Positions 53,778 through 64,000 of a DNA stretch of 64,000 nucleotides are shown here, piece after piece. Location of the stretch: assembly GCA_048013815.1 (NCBI GenBank), contig CM106585.1, forward strand, positions 22,258,001-22,322,000, in the 5' to 3' direction. The translations under genes were made by a program, and so were the position numbers. The notes below the pieces were generated by a model. That model had not been told where the DNA came from. It was given only the letters and a program-made list of their open reading frames with translations, and did no database searches. This DNA comes from Setoptus koraiensis. Taxonomy: Eukaryota > Animalia > Arthropoda. Each line of letters opens with the position of its first letter. The stretch's first letter is position 1.

Positions 53778-56700
53778 ATGTTGTTGTCAGTGTTGTTTTG
53801 TGCACAATTATGTTGTTTTGTTATCACCCAATCACATGCTCAACTAATTAACTCGCCAACTAATTACCCCACTCACCAGTATCAACAGCAGCAGCAACAA
53901 CAGCAGCAACAACAACAGCAATACTATCAACAGCTGCAACAACAGCCGCAAAATCGTTTCAATCCCTACCAGCAGCAGCAACATCTGCAAGAATCTCAGT
54001 TACAATCAATTCAATCACAGTCAATTCAATCAAAACAGCAGCAAGCTCACCAGCATTTCACATCAAACAGAGTGTTCTCCTGCGGCAAGCTTTACTACAA
54101 CACCTTCCACCTCGACCAACAGCGAGACGCCCTCTACATTGGGGCCATGTAAGTATGCATATCAGCGCATATTTCAATTTGCATATTGCAACCACAATCA
54201 AGTCGAGCCAGACAATCATTATATCGTGGGCCAGTTATTTGGGCATTGCCACTGTGGCTGTCATTCGAGTGCACAACCAGAGTTAATTAGGTCTGATTGA
54301 GTCTGATCGAGTCTGATTGAGACGCGAACAATGTCAGTTTTTGAAACAGAAATTGAACACAACCGATAATTGCATTCGCCTTGTCGGTGGTGGCATCGTT
54401 TCGAGGCGCGATCAGATAAATGGATTACGCGAGTTGAGCAACACAATTGTGTGATCATGAGCGACAATCATGAGCATATGTTTGCAATGTTTGCCACCGA
54501 TAATACCGACCAAGATACCGACGAAACCGACGATGCCGACGATGCCGATAATGCCGATAATGGCGTATTTGTGACTAATGAAGTGCATTTGTGATCGATA
54601 GTCGCGCAACAGTGTCGAGCTAACTGTGTCACTAATTTCAATAAGTGGCTTGGGGCGCGTTACATGATAATATTGGCGACATAATTGTCTTACATGATTG
54701 CACTTATTAAGTGCATCTCCAAACAGCGAGCGTGATCGTACAGAGTGAGCCATTATCATGCTATTGCTATCGTCGTGAATGTGATTATGTTGTTTGTGTT
54801 GTTGTGTTGTTGTGTTGTTGTGAGCAGAGAAGTTGTTAGTTGGTTGTTGTCGTATCGGCCTAGATGGTGCCTCTCTCCTCTGTCCGTCTGTCTGTCTGTG
54901 GTTGGTGTGGTAATAAAAAACAATAACAATGGCAATATTTGATTGCGACTAATGTTCGCGCAAACAACTCGGCGCTTCTCAACTGTTACGCAAGCCTAAC
55001 AACAACGACGACAGCAACAACAGAGCCAACGACAGAGCCAACAACAGCCAACGACAGCCAGCAACAGCCAACAACAGCCAACAACGGAGCCATCGGCGCT
55101 CTCGTTAGTCGCCATTTAGCCATATTAAGTGACTCGCGAGCATGTGAGCTGATGGCTCTAAATGGTAGCTAACAATGTGTTGTTTGCAACCGTTTAGACT
55201 GCTCTCATATCTCACTCTGTTATTCAAAATTGTCTCTCGTTGTGGGTCGTGCCCCATTCCGGCCCGTTCCGTCCCATTCGGTCTCGTTCTGTCCCATTCC
55301 GTCCCGTTCGGTCTCGTTCTGTCCCATTCCGTCCCGTTCGGCCGGTCGGGCCGGTCGAGCGTCGCTCTGTTGCTCGACAATCCGCGGGCACGGGAGAGTC
55401 GCGTTGCAAGCCTTCGATCGGACGGCGGCCATTCTCTGGTGCGATTTCTCGGTGGCAATTTTATCTTGGATACAAGTTTTGCCAGTCGCCAGTTACGAGT
55501 GTGTGATTGTTGTATTTTTGTTGTGTTTGAGTTGCGTCCAACAGAAAAATAAGAGTTACACCGAAGGCGACCATTAACGAGCCAACAATGTTGGCAGCAA
55601 TAGTTGAGTTTGGCCGACAACGACGGCACAAAGATTGGATGAGAACGGGCCAACAAAAGAGAGATTATAAGGCCAGATTAACAGCATGTTTGATATAATC
55701 CCGATGTTTGCTGTCGTTGTTTGCTGGTCGAATGGCACACTGGGCCGCACTGCGCCACACCGAACCAGGCCGTACCAAAGCGAGCCAAACCGAACCAAAG
55801 TGAACCAAAACGAGCCAGAGTGAACCCAAAATGCAACAGCCAGTCAACAGACGGACTGGTGGCGAATGTGCACGGTGTGGCACAAATTGATCTAATGAGA
55901 CGACGAGCAGCGCACAACTTCACGCTTTTAACCGATTGATAATGTGCATTTGATTATGAGGCCAGATAGACTGAGCATCGGAATGGCAACTTGCACGGGC
56001 CAACAATGCGATCGGCCGAAACGAAATTATCCTCTCTCTACCTGGTCGTTGTTTGTTTCTCTCCGGCGATTTGTTGTGCTGTCCGTTCTGTTGGCACTGC
56101 GCTCGCTTCTTTCACTGGCGCATTCATCGGGTTCTTGCGGCTCTCGCGGGCTCTTGCGCGTTCGTTGCGGCGGCGCGTTCGTTGCGGCGGCGCGCTCGTT
56201 GCGGCGGCCCGTCCGCCGCCAGTTCCCACACACCCAGAGCAAACAGGCGCACAATGGCATGCAAATGAAGAGCGAGCCGGCCCGGCACCGGCAACAACTG
56301 GCGCCGTTGTTTGTTTTGTGGTGGCTTCTACTCGACTCCTGCAGTCCGCTCCACAACCACGCCACAACAACCGCCAAACAATATCAATAATGTTCTGCCC
56401 GTTGTGCCCTGTTGTGCTCTGGTGGCCCGATCAACCGGCCGGCGCGGTCAGGCCGCCGTGCCGGGCCGCCGTGGTCAGGTGAGCCCGTCGATTATGATTT
56501 TGTTTGCAAGTTGGTGGCGCTTGTGTCAGTCGCACCGACAAACTCGTGAGCTGCGAGACTCGCAGCGAGGGCGACCAATCGAATTCAATTGCAATCAGAA
56601 TCATAATTCACGCCACTCTCGTGCTCGTTGTTTGGCCATTATTTTCAATTATTTTCACCATTCTCGAGTTTGTTCGCGAACAAAAGAACAACCGCAGCTC

Positions 56701-58967
56701 CGCCGGTCGGGTGTCAATTAAACCTCTCGCCGTTTTTTGCGTTCGACTCAATTTGTTGTTGTTGTCGCCCGCTGTCCGTTGTCGTTGTCGCCCCCTTTTC
56801 TGTTTTCGTTTGCTGTTTTCGTTGCGCCCGAAGCGCACCCCTTCGGCCCGCGGGATCGGCTGTGGTGCGTTGTTGTGCGCGCTCATCGATTGGCCATTGA
56901 CGGCTCATTTGAATGGGCGCTGTCAAACGGGGGCCCGACGAGCACGACAGCTCGAGCACGTCGTTGTTGTTGCGGTCGTTGTGCCGGCGTCGGAGGTTGT
57001 TGCGGCCGTCGGAGGTTGTTGTTGTTGGCGCTGTCAGGGCTTGTTGTGCGAGGTTGTTGTCGGTTGTGCGAGTTTGTTGTCGGTTGTGCGAGGTTGTTGT
57101 CGGTTGTGCGAGGCGCACAAAAAATGGGGCCCCACCCATGGCTGGCAAGTTGACCATGATATCATCATCAATTCAATTGTGCCCAATTGCCACATTGCAA
57201 CGAACGCCAACACAACCGACGATGCGCGTTTATTTGAGTGTGAGTGTGTCATTGTTGATTACAATTGTGCGCGCTGCGATGCGCCCATTTCGGCGTCGCT
57301 TGTTTTACAAAATGTCAGCCATTTTTAGCACAGGCCACCGATTCGGCACGCTCACCTTGTTCGCGTCGGCACGACTCCCGCGACCCGTTCGAAGCCGCGA
57401 CCCGTTCGAAGCCGCTCGCGACCGTTCGAAGCCGCGAACCCGCGAACCGTTCGAGTCGTTCGATTGAGTTGCAGTGGCGCTTCGGACCGGAGTGGCGCTC
57501 CGAACTGGAGTGGCGGTTCGCGCAGCCACACACGATGCCGCGCTGTTCGCTTTCCGCTTCGATTAATCATGCGAGAATGGATTCTTTTGGGCCGTTGCTG
57601 CCGCCAGCAAACAAACTTATCAGCTGTCAGGGTTGTTGTCGGCCGCTGCTGTTGTTGTGCCTGTTGTTGTGCTTGTTGTTGTGGCAACTTGCAACAACGC
57701 GCGCCGCCAACAGAAATTAAATCTAAATCCATTGGCGATCATTATCAAACTCGCGCATAATGATCTCTTAATTTGCTTTATATTCTATTATCGTCGCTTC
57801 TCACTTGTCGGCCAGCGACTGGCAAGCGACGTTCGCAGCCGGCCGCTCGCATTTGCGATGCCGCTATACATAATGCAACAACATATAATCTCACTGCCAT
57901 CAGCTGACACGGCCACCATTTGATACTGTGCCGATATGCGTATATTTTTATATTTGATCCGTGTATTTGTATCGTTCGCGACGCACAGCGCCGTATTATT
58001 TCCAACAGCGACGCACAGCGCCGTATCATTTCGAATCGAACATCTTGGGCCCGCCGGATATTCAATTGGGCACGAGCTGCAATCTGGGCCGAAATGGTTT
58101 CAGTGAAATGGTTTGCGTTTGTTGCTATTTGTGCTAACTGGCTCGTAAATAATCGTTGCCAGTCCAACTGACACTGTGACTCGCGCCGTTCAACTGAATG
58201 CGCCGTCCGAAATTTTGCTGATTTGAATTTTTTGTGCTCTCGTGCGAGCGTTGCCGTTGCATTGTTTGCCATACAGTAACGCCGCCCGACAGTAACGCGT
58301 ATCGTGATTTCAAAGCCAGATACCAAAGCCCGCTATCAAAGCACCATGGCGACGCCCCTCTCGGGCCCCAACAAACATATTATTGGTGTATTATTGGTGT
58401 ATTATTGGCCCTTCGAAATGCAGCGGCTACATGGTATGAATGGCATGATTGGCACAATAATCTCGCGTCATGTGATAAATATATTTAATCCTTGTGTCGC
58501 GCAGTGTGCACTGTCCGCATTGCAAATATGCTCTCCAAATTGGACCAGACTGCAACCGTTGCAGTCCAACGGAGGGCCGATAAATCAAAAAATAATCTGC
58601 TCGGCTTGTTGGCACGCACAGCGCAACTGGCGCTTGGCGACATTCCGTCTCGCTGCTCTCGGCCGCTGAATTGCGACTCCGAATGTGCCCAAAATGCCCA
58701 GAATGCCCAAAATGACGAGCATCCGAACACGATCTGACCTGTGTCCGAACAGGAAAATGTGCTCGCGGCGACACAGGTAGCCGATTAATTAAGCCAAACT
58801 TGCGCCAATCACCAATCACTGACCGCTCACTCTTTTTCTCACTCACCTTTCTGCCCGCATCAATCAACGACGACGACCGACCCACGACAACCAATTAACG
58901 GCAATCGACCGACAGGGACGTTCTGTACAAGGTGGACCTGGCCAACATAAACCGGACCGACTGTGAG
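53778..58967 (+). CDS. Sema2a: Semaphorin-2A, 5' partial; join(53778..54148,58916..58967), continues beyond the window
   Basis: Signal peptide, then RVFSCGKLYYNTFHLDQQRDALYIGA(M)|GTAAGT (phase 2) spliced to gacag|G-DVLYKVDLANINRTDCE|GTGAGT. This matches the class-2 semaphorin N-terminus (F.CGKLYYRTFH..EDRDTLYVGAMDRVFRVNL.NI). No further sema exon found before 64000. Confidence 0.88.
55251..55340. repeat. 10-bp minisatellite GTCYCRTTCN x9 with a perfect 30-bp higher-order duplication (55281..55340)
   Basis: Read directly. Confidence 0.9.
57379..57463. repeat. CGACCCGTTCGAAGCCG-type ~17-bp repeat
   Basis: Read directly. Confidence 0.8.
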
Positions 58968-58990
58968 GTGAGTGTCTATGGCTCGCTCGA

Positions 58991-59071
58991 GCAAACTCAA
59001 GCCTCCAATGCAAACTCGAGCCTCTAATGCAAACTCAAGCCTCTGATGCAAACTCGAGCCTCGAACGCAAA
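58991..59071. repeat. 19-bp minisatellite GCAAACTCRAGCCTC.... x4
   Basis: Read directly; starts 23 nt after the Sema2a exon 2 donor junction. Confidence 0.9.
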
Positions 59072-59103
59072 GCACTGAATCCGAGGTGCGAGATCCGAAA
59101 TGT

Positions 59104-59181
59104 ACGAAATATACGAAATATACGAAATATACGAAATATGCGAAACATACGAAATATGCGAAACATACGAAATATACGAAA
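59104..59181. repeat. 9-bp minisatellite RCGAAAYAT x8
   Basis: Read directly. Confidence 0.9.
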
Positions 59182-60131
59182 CCGAGAAGCGAAATGCGAC
59201 GAGCGAAAATCCCGCCAGAATGAAATCGCGTTTGTGGGCCACAATTTCGTTGGCTGTCGATGGGGTGTGATTGTGATATGATATTCTAATAGTGATGCCG
59301 CTAGCCGAGCGAGCGGCCGAGATGATATCTGGCATATCTGCGCCTCATCTGTGGCCCGCGTTAGTTATTGCCAAGTGTCGTGTTGGTGATGATGTTTGCG
59401 ATGATGTCGCGACCATTGCGACGACAACCACAAGTAGAAATGTCGACAATTAAACCAACAACAATGGCCGATTCACTCGGCTTGCTGTGTCGTCACTGGT
59501 GAGTGGGATCGCATGAACTTCCGTTTTATTATTTAGTTCATCATTATTTGGCCGTGTCTCATTCTCTCCAGTCGACGCAATGCGATCGTCGCAATGCGAT
59601 CGTCGCAATGCGATGTGATTTGCAATTGAGCGCTGGCGCTGACGCTGATGCGAAATCGCAATCCCAATCTCAGTGTGAGTCGCAATCTGAATTTGAATCT
59701 GATTCAGTGCAGCGCCAGTGTAAATAACGCTCGAGTAATGGCGTTTGTTTGTTTGTCTCTGCTATTACATAACATTCAGCAGATACAAGCAGCTCACGGC
59801 AGATACACGCCAGCATACAGCATCTATAAGCAGAAATACGGCAGATACGAGCAGATTTGGCAGTCTGACGTAATAGATGCAGTAACAGTGTGATGAGAGT
59901 TGGCTCGGGAGCTCGGTTTGGGGTGATCGCGCAAACTGTGCGATGACTTGCAAATTGGCCAGACTGTCGGGCCCAGGCAGTTGCGAGTTTTATTTGTTTA
60001 GCTGCTGGCGTTTGAGTGCAACATGAACGACTCGTCGTAAACTCGCGACTATTGCGCCAATTTGCAGACGATCAGTGATCGAGTTTATCGCTCACGCTCG
60101 CTAGCTCGCCGGCTCGCTGCCGGCGAGCCGG

Positions 60132-60179
60132 GTCTGATTGTTTCTCGCGGGCCCATGGGCCAGCGAGAAACAATCAGAC
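60132..60179. repeat. 48-bp near-perfect palindrome
   Basis: GTCTGATTGTTTCTCGC / GCGAGAAACAATCAGAC 17-bp arms enclose g-GGCCCATGGGCC-a (inner 12-bp perfect palindrome). Confidence 0.9.
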
Positions 60180-60996
60180 GAGCTTAATGACTCAACGGCA
60201 GCGTCTCGAGCCGAGCATCATCAACAAATTACTTGTAGCAATTACAACAAGAAACGCGCGCCATAATCAACTGTTCCCATTAATGCAGTCGCTGCCAGCA
60301 CAGTTAGTGGCAGCAGTTAATGCCAACAGCAGCTACAGTTATTATTATGCAGTGTGATGGCATGCAAATACATGCTGCATTGCATAATACGCATATTACA
60401 TCACACAATATTGGTGCCGTTTAGTAGCGGGCGGTTGTTGGCGCTGATCAGCGCCGCCGACAACAATTATTGCTGCTGGTGTCGCTGAGCAAAGTGATTC
60501 ATTTTTGTCAATTTCGACACTGCAATCATCATCATTTCGCATCATTTTGCATCCATTCGCATCAGCTCTCGCGGGCGCATCCCACGCACGCTGGCGAGAT
60601 CGCGAGCGCTGACGCTGAGCTCGCGAACGGCGCTATGTTGTCGCCCTGTTGCCGCACACACACACACACATCCAAACATGCAGATATTACATAATATAAC
60701 ATGTATTGCGCAATATATGGCTTGTGTGCAAACCATAAACATAAATTTGTAAAATGTTGATCATCTAATTAAACACACACACACACACACACACACACTG
60801 GCAATAGTGAGCGCGGCCAACATTAATATCATTATGAGTGTTGTTGGCCAGCCAACAACTGTAAACCGTTCACACTGCAACCTCCGCAGTTGTTGCGCAA
60901 CTTGTAACTGCACTGTAAACACGCCAGTTATGTAATGTAAATTCATTGTGACTTTGCGCTGTTGTTACACAGGCTTTACGCAGGCTTTGTTGCGCT

Positions 60997-63486
60997 ATTA
61001 CGTAATATTGCACATACATTATTATATATATGTTACGTAATGTTTGCCTTGCGCTGCCACACAAGGCAAACAAATGACGAACACAGCGGCCAACGCGCTT
61101 GCCACTTGCCCTGTCAGCTGACATTGGCAATGTGCGCCCCCCCCCCACTCAACGTTATTAGTAGTGTAATTGGCGTAATTGGCACGCGCCCGCGAGCCGC
61201 CGCCACCGCCGCCGCATCAACCCGCTATTAGTCGATACAGGCGCCCCCACCTGGCCGTTTCATCGCTACTTACTTAGGTCGTGTCATTCTTATTTTGTGT
61301 GTACTTCTCACACAGTGCGTGTGCGTGTCACTGACAAGCGGCCGCAAATTCGACAGGTGCATTAGTTTGACAGGTTTGGGCGCGAGGGGGCAGGCCGGCG
61401 GCCCAAGTGGCCGGCCGGCCGGCCGGCCAGCCAGCCAGCCAATTTGGCTAATTCAATTGAATGATTGCCGTTGATTCTCTGCGCGCATGATGCAATCGTA
61501 GTAATAATAGCAACGGCAATAGTAATAGCAGCAACGCCAATAATAGCAGCAACGCCAATAATAATAGCAACGGTAGTAGTAATAGCAATAACAGTAATGA
61601 GTAATAATAACAATGATGCTGTTGCGTAAATAATAATGTTCATCACCTGTTCTGTTGCGTTACGTAACGCGAACGTTATAAGTCATCTTTGCGCGTGTTA
61701 TGAGTGGGCTTGTTGTGATGATGATGATTGCACATGTTTCGCTAGCGCGACACACGTGAACAACAAGCTAAAATCTCGCTGCGCCCATTGCGGCGCCCCC
61801 CTCGCCCCCCGCTCTAACGGTGAATATCGTCACGTACGTTGCGCGCGCTTGTAGCTGTTACGTAACAGTATGTGTGATGTAATGACCCGTGTGTGCTCCA
61901 GGTGATGCGACACACACGCACACAGTCCAATCATTAGACACCCTAATGACACACACACACACACACACACCCGAACATACTGTTACCTAACTAACAAGCG
62001 GGCGCTAAATAGCGCGAGGGGCGTGCAACTCGAGATCATGCGAGCGATATTGCGCAAGTAAGTGAGTAGCGCCCCTTCACCGGCGCATCACTTATGTGAC
62101 GCAACGTAAGTTACGTAACACGTATGAGCCAACAAAGCCTGTGTTGTTGTTGTTGCCGTTGTTGTTGCTGTTGTTGTCGTTGTTGTTGCTGTTGTTGTTG
62201 TTTTGATCGCTATTAGCGCGCGCCTCATCTAATTACCACCTGGCCAACGGTGCCAATACTAACGAGACCTGTCCGTTGTTGCGCACACTCACCTGTCCGT
62301 TGTTGTGCGCACTCACCTGGCCGCGCTAGTTCACTGGCCGCCAGTCGCTGGCGAGCTTGTCAGTTAATCAGCTGTTGGCAGCAGTTGCAGCACAGTGTCG
62401 TTGGTCGGTAGCCGCCACCACTGACATTACTGACAGCACAACTGGCACTACCGACACAACTGACACAACTGACACTGCTGACACAACCGATACAACCGAC
62501 GCTAGCGACACAACCGACACAACCGACACTAGCGTTCCTGCTGGCGCTACAACACGCAGCACGTGATTGTGTCAGTGCGTGCTTGTCGGCGTGCTCGTCG
62601 TCGTCGTCGTTTGCGATGAGCGATTGGCAAGCTCATTAATCAGTGGCTTCAATTGCCGGCGGTGGCGCGCACGTCAGATTAGACTTATGTTCGATCATCA
62701 CGACCTTGTTTGTGTGTCTGTTCGTGTGTCTGTTCGTGTGTCTGTTCGTGTGTCGATAGTTGACAACAACACAACACCAGTTGTTGTTGCGCAATCAATC
62801 GCGAGCCTTACATAGCGTAATATAACGTTATATAACGTTATACAACGTTGTATTGGCGTCGTTATTGGCGTGTTGGCCGCTGCTGCTCGCCAGTGCCAAT
62901 TGTACTGCCAGCTGTAGTTGTGCCCACTGTTGTCGTGATAACAAACAACGGAGCACGCGCACCACTTGCACGCGTGCCGCTCACTTCCGGTTGACTCCAA
63001 TTTCTATTGCTGTGTGTGTGTGTGTGTGTGTGTCTACTCATTATGTGATACTAGCGACGTCAGCATGCGAGAATGTATTACATAACTACATGCTATTATT
63101 ATATTGGCTGCCTCTCTCTCATAGACGCACACACACACACGCACACGACGCTGCGCAGCGAATGATAACTGTCGATTGTCATCTGTCCGCTGTAATCATG
63201 CCAGCGACATGAATGCGCTCTGTGAGAAACAACTACCAACGAGACACAACTGACACGCTGAGTCCAATAGAGAGCCCATAATTCATACCGTTGACACCGA
63301 CCGACCGACAGACCGAACAACGTTATTTGCGGCCACAGTTACGTAATAAAGACATTGCCAACATTGTAGTCTGACCATTTATTACGCAACCGCCGGCCAT
63401 TGGGCCATGTTTCAAGAAATTGTTGTCGTTGTTGTTGTTGTTGCTGGTGCTGCTGACACGCGCTCTCCTATTACACGTTACGTAAT
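60997..63486. promoter_or_regulatory. Homotypic cluster of RTTACGTAAY (PAR-bZIP/E4BP4-type) palindromes in Sema2a intron 2
   Basis: Perfect copies at 60997, 61032, 61659, 61857, 62110, 63338, 63477; TTATGTAA/TTACATAA variants at 60686, 60927, 63077. Confidence 0.6.
62445..62531. repeat. 9-bp ACCGACACA-type minisatellite
   Basis: Read directly. Confidence 0.8.
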
Positions 63487-63816
63487 GCGGCGTCTGCGTT
63501 TTGTCACTCACATTGGTCGTCTAATGCGGCCATGCTGGCCACTATGCCATTATGCTATTACACTGCCATGCTGCTACACTGTCAACTGCAACTCAAAGTA
63601 AAACTCCAATTTCACTGACCAAAACTACAAGTTAACTTAACTTTTCTCGCACTGGTCATCTCAACTGGTCGAAACATCGACCATTGTGCGTGTGTGTGTG
63701 TGTTTGCAGGCCATATCGCACTCGGCTGAACTCACTCTCTCAAGTTGGTCACCAGTTCACCAACACAAACAACATCGATTGTATGACGCAACAACTAACG
63801 TGACACACGCAGCCGT

Positions 63817-63837
63817 ATAACGCGTTGCTGTTGTCGT

Positions 63838-63871
<34 letters not shown>

Positions 63872-63920
63872 GCTGTTGTTGTTGCTGTTGTTGTTGTGTT
63901 GTTGTTGCTGTTGTTGTTGC
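63817..63920. repeat. GTT/GCT/GTC trinucleotide compound repeat
   Basis: Read directly. Confidence 0.9.
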
Positions 63921-64000
63921 GTCATCATTGCTAATCATCGGCCATTTCGGCCACGTCATTATAATCGTCGGCTGGCTGGCCCACTCACTCGATGGGCCGA

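Noticed and set aside
55944-57732. Multiple overlapping ORFs up to 274 aa in Sema2a intron 1
   Set aside because: Low-complexity, multi-frame, and not similar to the sema domain segment expected between the two exons, which join directly in phase.

Overview
Eukaryotic (animal, arthropod-like) genomic DNA. No prokaryotic features, CRISPR arrays, rRNA, tRNA or intact transposons were recognised. The window has three zones. (1) 1-14.8 kb has no recognisable coding sequence and is CpG-rich and full of micro/minisatellites; a CRAL-TRIO gene follows at 14.9-15.8 kb, then non-coding DNA to ~25 kb. (2) ~25-50 kb is a dense gene block: junctophilin (5 exons, +), CPSF2 (-), an E2F (-), an inverted lipase pseudogene fragment, an acid-lipase-family gene (+), DCAF1/VprBP (-), Rab2 (+), an RGS-domain gene (-), and a 3-exon gene for a signal-peptide + single C2-domain protein (-) that the ORF track does not show whole. 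(3) 50-64 kb holds the first two coding exons of semaphorin-2A (+) and its long introns. Most housekeeping ORFs are intronless, which suggests a streamlined genome such as an acariform/eriophyoid-type mite (inference only). Most interesting: the secreted single-C2 protein; splice acceptors lacking a polypyrimidine tract; junctophilin and CPSF2 stop codons 4 bp apart; a partly homogenised inverted lipase duplicate; seven perfect RTTACGTAAY palindromes in a Sema2a intron. All splice models were derived by hand from donor/acceptor motifs, phase and protein-family continuity and need RNA confirmation.
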